Shown here: in pieces, positions 1 to 7,474 of the stretch
Position numbering within the stretch: position 1 is the first letter of the stretch
Layout: each line of letters starts with the position of its first letter
Assembly (NCBI GenBank): GCA_964607485.1
Contig: CAZSKP010000060.1
Span: 1-20,445 of the forward strand
Length of the DNA: 20,445 nt
Direction: 5' to 3'
Source of the DNA: an uncultured bacterium
GTDB lineage: Bacteria > Abyssobacteria > SURF-5
The notes under the pieces: model-generated
Database searches by the model: none
What the model was told of the DNA's origin: nothing
What the model saw: only the letters and a program-made list of their open reading frames with translations
Position numbers and translations under genes: made by a program

Positions 1-2
1 CG

Positions 3-1436
3 CTCAGGGAGGCGGGGCTCAACAAGTTCCTGTTCGAGATGGCGAACATCCGCAACCAGTGCTCGTGGGTGCACGAAGACGCCGAGCTGGCCACTGAAAA
101 ATCGAAGGACCTCGTGCGGATGGCCGTCTCTCGCGCGCTCGAGCTGGAGCCGATCAAGCAGTTGCAGTCGCCCGTGACACAGAAGGCGCTCGTCATTGGC
201 GGGGGGCTGTCGGGCATGACGGCCTCGCTCTCGCTTGCGCGGCAGGGGTTCGAATCGTACCTCGTCGAAAAGAGCGACAAGCTGGGCGGCCAGCTGAACC
301 GCCTCCATTACACGCTCGAGGGCGACAACGTTCGGGAACGGCTTGAGAAGCTCGTCGCCGAGGTGGACAGCGAGAAGCGCATCAAGATTTTCACGAACGC
401 CGAGGTCACGGAGTTCAGCGGCCACGTGGGCAACTTCCACGCCACCGTCAGGGCCAACGGCGAGACCGAAAAGGTTGACATCGGCGCGGTCATCGTCGCC
501 ACCGGCGCGCGGGAATATCGGCCCACCGAATATCTGTACGGCAAGAGTCCGAACATTCTCACGCAGCTAGAACTCGAAGAAAAAGTTGTCAACGAACCCG
601 ACGCGGTCGCGAAGGCAAACACGATCGTCATGATACAGTGCGTGGGGTCGCGCGACGACGAGCACATGTACTGCAGCCGCGTGTGCTGCACGCAGGCCGT
701 CAAGAACGCGCTCAAGCTGAAAGAGCTCAACCCCGCCGCGAAGATATACGTGCTTCACCGGGATATAAGAACATACGCCGCCAAGGAACTCGCGTACAAG
801 AAGGCGCGCGAGAAGGGGGTCCTGTTCCTCCGCTACGACCCCGAGCACAAGCCTCAGGTGGCCCAGACCGACGGGAAGCTGAGCGTCAGGGCGCACGACG
901 TGAGCATCGGCGCCACGCTCGACATCCGGCCCGACCTCGTCGTCCTCAGCGCGGGAATCGTTCCCGACGAGACGAACGTCGAGCTTGGACCGCTCCTCAA
1001 GGTGTCGCTCGACAGGGACGGCTTCTACCTTGAGGCGCACCTGAAACTGAGGCCGCTCGACTTTGCGAGCGACGGCATGTTCCTCTGCGGGCTGGCGCAT
1101 TCGCCCAAACACATCGAGGAAAGCATCGCGCAGGCACGCGGCGCGGCCTCGAGGGCGGCCAACCTGCTCTCAAAGGATTCTCTCACGGTCGGCGGCATCA
1201 TATCGGTCGTCGAGCCGGAGAAATGCGTCGCCTGTCTGACGTGCGTGAGGGTCTGCCCGTACCACGTACCCGTCTTTTCGGAAGAAGAAGGCGTCGCTTA
1301 CATCGAGCCCGCAACCTGCCAGGGATGCGGCATCTGCGCCGGAGTGTGCCCCAACAAGGCGATACAGGTGCAGCATTACAAGGACAGGCAGGTCATCTCG
1401 AAGTGCGACGTGCTGTACGAGGTCTCGAAGACCTGA
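3..1436 (+). CDS. hdrA: Heterodisulfide reductase subunit A-like FAD/Fe-S protein, 5'-truncated (C-terminal HdrA module)
   Basis: Frame is open from the window edge (LREAGLNKFLFEMANIRNQCSWVH). Contains Rossmann motif VIGGGLSG, GAVIVATG, IQCVGSRD..YCSRVCC cluster motif, GFYLEAHLKLRP, and a C-terminal 2x[4Fe-4S] domain (CVACLTCVRVCP, CQGCGICAGVCP). Confidence 0.93.
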   Translation, partial: LREAGLNKFLFEMANIRNQCSWVHEDAELATEKSKDLVRMAVSRALELEPIKQLQSPVTQKALVIGGGLSGMTASLSLARQGFESYLVEKSDKLGGQLNRLHYTLEGDNVRERLEKLVAEVDSEKRIKIFTNAEVTEFSGHVGNFHATVRANGETEKVDIGAVIVATGAREYRPTEYLYGKSPNILTQLELEEKVVNEPDAVAKANTIVMIQCVGSRDDEHMYCSRVCCTQAVKNALKLKELNPAAKIYVLHRDIRTYAAKELAYKKAREKGVLFLRYDPEHKPQVAQTDGKLSVRAHDVSIGATLDIRPDLVVLSAGIVPDETNVELGPLLKVSLDRDGFYLEAHLKLRPLDFASDGMFLCGLAHSPKHIEESIAQARGAASRAANLLSKDSLTVGGIISVVEPEKCVACLTCVRVCPYHVPVFSEEEGVAYIEPATCQGCGICAGVCPNKAIQVQHYKDRQVISKCDVLYEVSKT

Positions 1437-1528
1437 AGCTCGACAGAGGACGCTCCAACTTACGTTCGGCGGCGATGGCCGCCGGCATCATTTCGGTCAA
1501 CGACGGACAAGCAGAGGAGAGTTGAGAC

Positions 1529-2005
1529 TTGGAACGGCTGAACTTCGTGCCAAAGATCGTTGCCTTCTGCTGCCAGTACTGCGCGTACAACGCGGCAGAC
1601 CTTGCCGGCTCGATGAGGCTGCAGTATTCGCCCTACGTGCGCATCATACGGCTCTTGTGCACGGGCAAGATCGACAGCCTCTATATCCTCAAAGCATTCG
1701 AGGATGGAGCCGACGCCGTGTTCGTCGCCGGGTGACTGGAAGGGCAATGTCATTTCCTGGAAGGAAATATAAGAGCTAGAAAAAGAGTCGAGTACACCAA
1801 GAAGCTCCTCGAGGAGGCCGGCATCGAGCCTGAGCGGCTGGAGATGTTCAACATGTCCGCCTCAATGGGACCGAAGTTTGCCGAGACCGCCGACGAGATG
1901 ACCGAACGGGTGCGCAGGCTCGGGCCCAGCCCGTTGAGAGGCAAGGAGCATCCCGAGGAGATGGAAGCGGCCGTGACCGACAAAGATGAGGGAGAGACGA
2001 AATGA
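1529..2005 (+). CDS. mvhD: MvhD/FlpD [2Fe-2S] subunit, selenocysteine-containing (UGA at 1733-1735 read as Sec), 158 aa
   Basis: TTG start after GAGGAG. PKIVAFCCQYCAYNAADLAG, RIIRLLCTGKID, GADAVFVAG-[TGA]-LEGQCHFLEGN..ERLEMFNMSA..LGPSPL. The UGA occupies the conserved Cys of the MvhD GCxxGxCH motif, the frame stays MvhD-like to TGA 2003-2005, and a hairpin follows the UGA. Confidence 0.93.
1748..1771 (+). promoter_or_regulatory. Putative bacterial SECIS element
   Basis: TGT-(C bulge)-ATTTCCT-GGA-AGGAAAT-ATA stem-loop. The G-starting apical loop (1759-1761) is separated from the UGA by 23 nt, and the local codons are unusually AT-rich. Confidence 0.75.
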
Positions 2006-2892
2006 CAGCGAAGATTATCAGCGGCAAGAAAATAGCGGAAGAGATGCGGGCCGAGATGAAGAAGGAGATCGATGAGCTGAAATCCAAGCACAACCTGGTT
2101 CCCGGGCTGGCGGTCGTGCTCGTCGGTGAGAATCCCGCGTCGGTGGTGTACGTGCGCAACAAGAAGAAATCGTGCGAGCAGATAGGCGTCAACTCCATCG
2201 AACACAAACTGCCCGCAGACACGCCCGAGGCCGACCTGCTGGCGCTCGTGGACAAGCTCAACAACGACGACGCCGTGCACGGAATCCTCGTGCAGCTCCC
2301 GCTTCCCAAGCAGATAGACGAGAACAAGGTTCTCAACAAGATCGTGCCCACGAAGGACGTTGACGGGTTCCATCCGTTCAACGTCGGCCGCATGCTCGTC
2401 GGCGACCCCATCTTCCTTCCCTGCACCCCCCACGGAGTGCAGCAGATGCTCGTCAGAAGCGGCGCGAAGGTAGAGGGAAGCCACGTCGTCATCGTCGGGC
2501 GCAGCAACATCGTCGGCAAACCCGTCGCGGCCATTCTCGTGCAAAAGGCCAAGGGCGCCAATGCCACTGTCACCATCTGCCATTCGCGCACGAAGGACCT
2601 TCCCTCGGTCACCCGGCTCGGCGACATCCTGATAGCCGCCATCGGCGTGCCCGAGTTCGTCAAGGCCGACATGGTCAAGGACGGCGCGGTGGTCATCGAC
2701 GTCGGAGTGAACCGGGTCGAAGACAAATCGAATCCCAAGGGTTTCAGGCTGGTGGGCGACGTCGATTTCGAGGCGGTCAAGGAGAAGGCGAGCGCCATAT
2801 CGCCGGTTCCGGGCGGCGTGGGCCCGATGACGATAACCATGCTGCTCCACAACACGATTCGGGCGGCCAAACTGGAGCACGGCATAGCCTAA
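2002..2892 (+). CDS. folD: Bifunctional methylene-THF dehydrogenase / methenyl-THF cyclohydrolase
   Basis: PGLAVVLVGENPASVVYVRNK, GILVQLPLP, KDVDGFHP, PCTPHG, VGRSNIVGKP, VIDVGVNR, SPVPGGVGPMTI. ATGA overlap with the mvhD stop. Confidence 0.98.
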   Translation: MTAKIISGKKIAEEMRAEMKKEIDELKSKHNLVPGLAVVLVGENPASVVYVRNKKKSCEQIGVNSIEHKLPADTPEADLLALVDKLNNDDAVHGILVQLPLPKQIDENKVLNKIVPTKDVDGFHPFNVGRMLVGDPIFLPCTPHGVQQMLVRSGAKVEGSHVVIVGRSNIVGKPVAAILVQKAKGANATVTICHSRTKDLPSVTRLGDILIAAIGVPEFVKADMVKDGAVVIDVGVNRVEDKSNPKGFRLVGDVDFEAVKEKASAISPVPGGVGPMTITMLLHNTIRAAKLEHGIA

Positions 2893-2894
2893 AT

Positions 2895-2937
2895 TGTTAT
2901 CAATATTACAGTAAGAAACGCGATTCTTTGTTAAACT
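2895..2937 (+). promoter_or_regulatory. Putative internal promoter for metVF with CRP/FNR/CooA- or Rex-like palindrome
   Basis: AT-rich spacer with TGTTA-N6-TTACA (2895-2910) and extended -10 TG-T-TAAACT (2929-2937); no good -35. Confidence 0.45.
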
Positions 2938-2964
2938 TAATATTTGGACGGAGGTCTTAAGCCA

Positions 2965-3657
2965 GTGATAATGGGCGAGAGAAAACCTTTGAGCGAAATC
3001 AGGCAGATGCTCGAGGGGTACAAGAAAGTTCTGGTGCTCGGATGCCGCACCTGCGTCGCCGTCTGCATGGCCGGAGGCGACAAGGAAGTAGAGCTGCTTG
3101 GCTCGCTCCTGCGGATCGCAGCGCAGAAAGAAGGCGTCGAGCTTGAAATCGTCGAGGATGCCGTCGAGCGGCAGTGCGACAGGGAGTACATCGAGCCGCT
3201 GAAGGAGAAAGTCGAGGCGTGCGACGCGGTGCTTTCGATGGCGTGCGGCTGCGGCGTCCAGTTCATGGCCGAGCTCTACGCGGACAAGCCGGTGTTCCCC
3301 GCGATAAACACGAATTTCATCGGGGTCACCGAGAGCGTGGGCGTGTGGACCGAGCGTTGCGCCCAGTGTGGCAACTGCGTGCTCCACCTCACCGGAGGCA
3401 TCTGTCCGATAGCGCGCTGTTCGAAATCGCTGCTGAACGGCCCGTGCGGCGGGTCGCAGAGAGGCAAGTGCGAGATCGACCCCGAGGTCGATTGCGGATG
3501 GCAGCTCATATACGACCGCATGGCCAAGCTGGGCCAATTGGATAAACTCGCAGAGGTGATCCCTCCGAAGGACTGGACCACCAGTCGCGACGGCGGTCCC
3601 CGCAAGATTGTCAGGGAGGACGTGAAGGAAGACGTGAAGGAGGAAGTGAAGACATGA
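2965..3657 (+). CDS. metV: Methylene-THF reductase small subunit MetV (Cys-rich Zn/Fe-S)
   Basis: GGAGGT SD at 2950-2955 then GTG (MIMGERKPL). GCRTCVAVCMAGG, RQCD, MACGCGVQ, ERCAQCGNC..GGICPIARCSKSLLNGPCGG..CGWQLIYDR. Overlaps the metF start. Confidence 0.92.
   Translation: MIMGERKPLSEIRQMLEGYKKVLVLGCRTCVAVCMAGGDKEVELLGSLLRIAAQKEGVELEIVEDAVERQCDREYIEPLKEKVEACDAVLSMACGCGVQFMAELYADKPVFPAINTNFIGVTESVGVWTERCAQCGNCVLHLTGGICPIARCSKSLLNGPCGGSQRGKCEIDPEVDCGWQLIYDRMAKLGQLDKLAEVIPPKDWTTSRDGGPRKIVREDVKEDVKEEVKT
3616..3651 (+). repeat. Three imperfect 12-nt tandem units at the metV 3' end (EDVK EDVK EEVK)
   Basis: GAGGACGTGAAG GAAGACGTGAAG GAGGAAGTGAAG; contains the AGGAGG SD of metF. Confidence 0.7.
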
Positions 3658-4586
3658 AGGCGGGCACCAACCTCGAGCGAATTCTCAGCGAAGGCAAATT
3701 CGCGGCCACGGCCGAACTGGGCCCGCCCAAGAGCGCCGACGCCGATGTGATTAAGAAGAAGGCGGAACTCCTGAAGGGGAAAGTGGACGCCGTCAACATT
3801 ACCGACAACCAGACGGCCATCGTGCGCATGTCGAGCATCGGCGCCGCCAAGCTGACGCTCGACAACGGCCTCGAACCCGTCATGCAGATGGTGTGCCGCG
3901 ACCGCAACCGCATCGCCATCCAGAGCGACGTGCTGGGGGCATACGCGCTCGGAATCAAGAACATGCTCTGCCTCACGGGCGACCATCAGAAGTTCGGGAA
4001 TCATCCGACCGCGAAAAATGTGTTCGACATCGATTCCGTCCAGCTTCTCGGCATGATGAGAGGGATGCGCGATGACAAGGTGTTCCAGTGCGGCGAGGAG
4101 ATACGCAACAGCAAGAAGGCGCCCATCGTCGAGCCGAAGATGTTTCTCGGCGCCGCCGAGAACCCCTTCGCTCACCCGTTTGAGTTCCGCGCCATCAGGC
4201 TGGCCAAGAAGGTCAACGCGGGCGCCGACTTCATACAGACGCAGTGCATATTCGATATCCCGAGGTTCAAGGAATGGATGAAAGAGGTCGTTGACCTCGG
4301 TCTACACGAGAAGGTGTACATCCTCGCGGGCGTCATGCCCGTCAAGTCGGCGGGACAGGTCAAGTACATGAAGAACAATGTGGCCGGAATGTTGATTCCC
4401 GATTCGCTCGTGGACAGGATGAAGGGAGCAAGCGACCCGAAGGAGGAAGGCATCAACTTCGTGGTCGAGTTGATAAACGAAGTAAGACAAATAGAAGGCA
4501 TCCGGGGCGTTCACATCATGGCGGTCGAATGGGAGGAAATGGTTCCCATTATCGTCGAGCGCGCCGGCCTCCTTCCCAGGCCATGA
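3654..4586 (+). CDS. metF: Methylene-THF reductase large subunit MetF
   Basis: TAELGPPK, VDAVNITDN, VCRDRNRIAIQSD, LCLTGDH, LAKKVNAGADFIQTQ, GVHIMA. Confidence 0.95.
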   Translation: MKAGTNLERILSEGKFAATAELGPPKSADADVIKKKAELLKGKVDAVNITDNQTAIVRMSSIGAAKLTLDNGLEPVMQMVCRDRNRIAIQSDVLGAYALGIKNMLCLTGDHQKFGNHPTAKNVFDIDSVQLLGMMRGMRDDKVFQCGEEIRNSKKAPIVEPKMFLGAAENPFAHPFEFRAIRLAKKVNAGADFIQTQCIFDIPRFKEWMKEVVDLGLHEKVYILAGVMPVKSAGQVKYMKNNVAGMLIPDSLVDRMKGASDPKEEGINFVVELINEVRQIEGIRGVHIMAVEWEEMVPIIVERAGLLPRP

Positions 4587-4635
4587 CGCGACGGAAAGCG
4601 TCGTTTCGTCTGGACCGGAAAAGGACGAGTTTGGG

Positions 4636-4664
4636 TTGAATCGACGGGGTAAATTTGGTATAAT
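4636..4664 (+). promoter_or_regulatory. sigma70 promoter for the cooS-acs genes
   Basis: TTGAAT (4636-4641), 17-nt spacer ending TGG, TATAAT (4659-4664); an extended -10. Confidence 0.8.
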
Positions 4665-4737
4665 TAATAGGTTTTTCGGAACCTTCCTGAAGCCATCCCA
4701 GATAATCCCCGGCTGATTGGTTCGCAAGGAGAGTCAA

Positions 4738-6699
4738 ATGAAAGAAAGATCCGTTGACAAGGCAACTTTGCAGATGCTGGAGAAGGCGAAGAGCGACAAC
4801 GTGTGCACCGCGTTCGACCGCTCCGACCTCCAGGAGCCCCGCTGCGGCTTCGGAGACCTGGGCGTGTGCTGTCAGCAGTGCTACATGGGGCCCTGCAGGG
4901 TGGACCCGTTCGGCAAGGGAGCCCAGTACGGCGCCTGCGGCATCGACGCCGACGGCATCGTGGCCAGGAACATCGCCCGCGCCACGGCGGTGGGAGCGTC
5001 GGCTCACTCCGACCACGGCCGCGACATCGCTCACAACCTCTACATGACCGCGAAGGGAAAAACGCAAGGCTATGAGATAAAAGATGAACGCAGACTCATG
5101 GCCCTTGCGCAGGAACTCGGCGTGGACACCTCCAGCGGCGACACTAACAAGATTGCGGCTGACGTGGCGCAGAAATGCCTGGCCGAGTTTGGCCAGCAAC
5201 ACGGTGAGCTCCTCATGGCGCAGCGCGCTCCTGAGAAGCAGAAAGAGCGCTGGCGCAAACTCAAGGTCATGCCCCGTGGCATCGACCGCGAAATCGTCGA
5301 AGTACTCCATATGACGCACATGGGGATGGATGCGGATTATTACAACACACTGCTCCACGCCATCAAGGCCGCTCTGGGAGACGGATGGGGCGGTTCGATG
5401 ATAGCAACCGACCTGACCGACATACAGTTCGGCAGCCCCAACCCGGTTCGCTCGAAGGCCAACCTCGGCGTGCTGGGCGAAAACACCGTGAACATACTCG
5501 TGCACGGACACGAGCCGACCCTCTCCGAGATGATCGTGAAGGTCGCCCGCAGCCCCGAGATGAAGGAGCTTGCGAAGAAGAAGGGCGCCGAGGATGTCAC
5601 CGTGGCCGGAATATGCTGCACGGCAAACGAGATTCTCATGCGCCAGGGAGCGCCGCTCGCGGGCAACTACCTGATGCAGGAGCTCGCGATAGTCACGGGC
5701 GCGGTCGAGTCCATGATTGTGGACGTTCAGTGCATCATGCCCGGACTCAACCAGGTGGCGCCCTGTTACCACACGAAGCTCATCACCACCAGCAAGAAGG
5801 TGAAAATACCCGGGGCGATTCACTATCAATTCGAAGAGGAAAAGGCGCTCGACATCGCCAAGAAGATCGTCACCGAGTCCATCGAGAACTACCCGAATCG
5901 CAACCGCGCACGCGTGCAGATTCCCAACGAATCCCACGACCTCATCGCCGGTTTCACCACCGATAACGTGTTCTACCATCTGGGCGGGCGATTCCGGCCT
6001 TCGTACAAGCCTCTCAACGAGGGCATGATCCAGGGCCGTCTGCGAGGCGTCGTCGGAGTGGTCGGCTGCAACAATACCAAGGTGGTCCACGACAAGAACC
6101 ATTTGGAGTTCGTCAAGGAACTTCTGAGGCATGATGTTCTGATAGTCACCACGGGATGTTCGGCCGGCTGTCTGTCGAAGCATGGACTGCTGGACCCCGA
6201 AGGCGTGTACGAATACGCCGGAGAGGGCCTGAAAGAAATCTGCGAGGCGGTCGGCATTCCGCCCGTGCTGCACGTCGGCTCCTGTGTGGACAACTCACGC
6301 ATTCTCACCGCCTGTGTCGAGATGGTGAAAGAGGGCGGCATCGGGACCGACATCAGCCAGCTTCCCGTGGCTGGCTCCGCGCCCGAGGCGATGAGCACGA
6401 AGGCGACCTCAATCGGCCTCTACGTCGTCGCGTCGGGCATCACGACGCACTTCAATCCGCCCTTCCAGGTGCACGGCGGACCGAAGGTGCTCGAGTACCT
6501 CTCGGGCGGAATGGAGAAAGACTTCGGGGCGCACTTCATCTTCGAGGCGGACCCCAAGAAATCCGCCAGGAAGATTATCGAGGTGCTCGACAAGAAGCGC
6601 GAGGCGCTGAAGCTCAAGCCGATGATGTATCCTCCTCGAAACGGGGAGACCGAGAAGGCGGCGACAAAGAAGAAGGCCGCCACTGCGGCAAGCAGCTAG
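4738..6699 (+). CDS. cooS: Anaerobic Ni-Fe carbon monoxide dehydrogenase catalytic subunit (AcsA/CooS)
   Basis: AAGGAG SD then ATG 4738. D/B-cluster CGFGDLGVCCQQCYMGPC, His motif AHSDHGR, C-cluster ligand motifs HGHEP, ICCTANE, DVQC, GCNN, TGC, GSCVDN. Confidence 0.97.
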   Translation: MKERSVDKATLQMLEKAKSDNVCTAFDRSDLQEPRCGFGDLGVCCQQCYMGPCRVDPFGKGAQYGACGIDADGIVARNIARATAVGASAHSDHGRDIAHNLYMTAKGKTQGYEIKDERRLMALAQELGVDTSSGDTNKIAADVAQKCLAEFGQQHGELLMAQRAPEKQKERWRKLKVMPRGIDREIVEVLHMTHMGMDADYYNTLLHAIKAALGDGWGGSMIATDLTDIQFGSPNPVRSKANLGVLGENTVNILVHGHEPTLSEMIVKVARSPEMKELAKKKGAEDVTVAGICCTANEILMRQGAPLAGNYLMQELAIVTGAVESMIVDVQCIMPGLNQVAPCYHTKLITTSKKVKIPGAIHYQFEEEKALDIAKKIVTESIENYPNRNRARVQIPNESHDLIAGFTTDNVFYHLGGRFRPSYKPLNEGMIQGRLRGVVGVVGCNNTKVVHDKNHLEFVKELLRHDVLIVTTGCSAGCLSKHGLLDPEGVYEYAGEGLKEICEAVGIPPVLHVGSCVDNSRILTACVEMVKEGGIGTDISQLPVAGSAPEAMSTKATSIGLYVVASGITTHFNPPFQVHGGPKVLEYLSGGMEKDFGAHFIFEADPKKSARKIIEVLDKKREALKLKPMMYPPRNGETEKAATKKKAATAASS

Positions 6700-6714
6700 A
6701 ACGATTTTTCGGAG

Positions 6715-6743
6715 GGCCGCCTTCGGCCCCATCGAGGGCGGCC
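6715..6743 (+). other. GC-rich stem-loop after cooS (no U tract)
   Basis: GGCCGCCTTCG-GCCCCAT-CGAGGGCGGCC, 11-bp stem with one G-U pair. Confidence 0.55.
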
Positions 6744-6785
6744 GCCATTGCCTGAAAAGGACCGAATCGACCAAGGAGTGAACCC

Positions 6786-7418
6786 ATGGCGGGAAGTACA
6801 GTTGTGAGGCCGAAGCTCTGCACCGCCTGCAAGACATGCGAGCTGCAGTGCGCTTTGGCCCACTCGGAATCGAAGAACATTCTCCAAGCAATACGCGAGG
6901 ACCCTCTGCCGGAAGCGCGGATCGGCCTCAAACAGGCCAGGAAGGTCGTCGTTCCGGTGGTCTGCAGTCATTGCGAGAATCCGCCCTGTGTGGCGGCTTG
7001 TCCGCCGGGCGCGCTTTACAAAGAGGACGGGAGCGCGCCGACACTGCTCGATGAGAGCAAGTGCGACGGCTGCGGCGTGTGCATCGAGGCCTGTCCCGTC
7101 GGCGCCCTCCAGATGAACCGCGAGGGCAAGATCGTGCTCAAGTGCGACCAGTGCGTCGAACGCCAGAAGGAGGGTCTGCTGCCAGCGTGCGTGTCGGGGT
7201 GCCCCACCGGCGCACTCGAATGGCATACCGGCCGCATCAAGTACGAAATCGACGCCGAGGCCTGCAAGGCGTGCGGCCTGTGCATAAAGGTGTGTCCCAC
7301 GGAGGCCATCACCGGGGCGAAGAAGACCCCGCATGTGATAGATACGGCAAAGTGCATCAAGTGCGGCAACTGCTTCGTCGAGTGCCCCTTCGATGCGATA
7401 AACGTGGTGGATGTTTGA
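6786..7418 (+). CDS. cooF: CooF-like polyferredoxin with extra C-terminal 2x[4Fe-4S] domain (24 Cys, six predicted clusters)
   Basis: CTACKTCELQC, CSHCENPPCVAAC, CDGCGVCIEAC, KCDQC..PACVSGC (CooF/DmsB pattern), plus CKACGLCIKVC and CIKCGNCFVEC. AAGGAG SD. Confidence 0.8.
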   Translation: MAGSTVVRPKLCTACKTCELQCALAHSESKNILQAIREDPLPEARIGLKQARKVVVPVVCSHCENPPCVAACPPGALYKEDGSAPTLLDESKCDGCGVCIEACPVGALQMNREGKIVLKCDQCVERQKEGLLPACVSGCPTGALEWHTGRIKYEIDAEACKACGLCIKVCPTEAITGAKKTPHVIDTAKCIKCGNCFVECPFDAINVVDV

Positions 7419-7474
7419 GCCCCAGAGGTAATATTCGCTCAGAAGCGATGTGATACCACGGAGGAGAGAGAACA

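Noticed and set aside
1529..1735. 68-aa truncated mvhD or pseudogene interpretation
   Set aside because: The stop is a UGA at a conserved Cys position, is followed by a SECIS-like hairpin, and the downstream frame is intact, so Sec recoding explains it better.
6379..6405. CooS motif APEAMSTKA differing from the usual ..MxEKA
   Set aside because: The catalytic Lys and all C-cluster ligand motifs are retained; one substitution is not evidence of altered function without an alignment.
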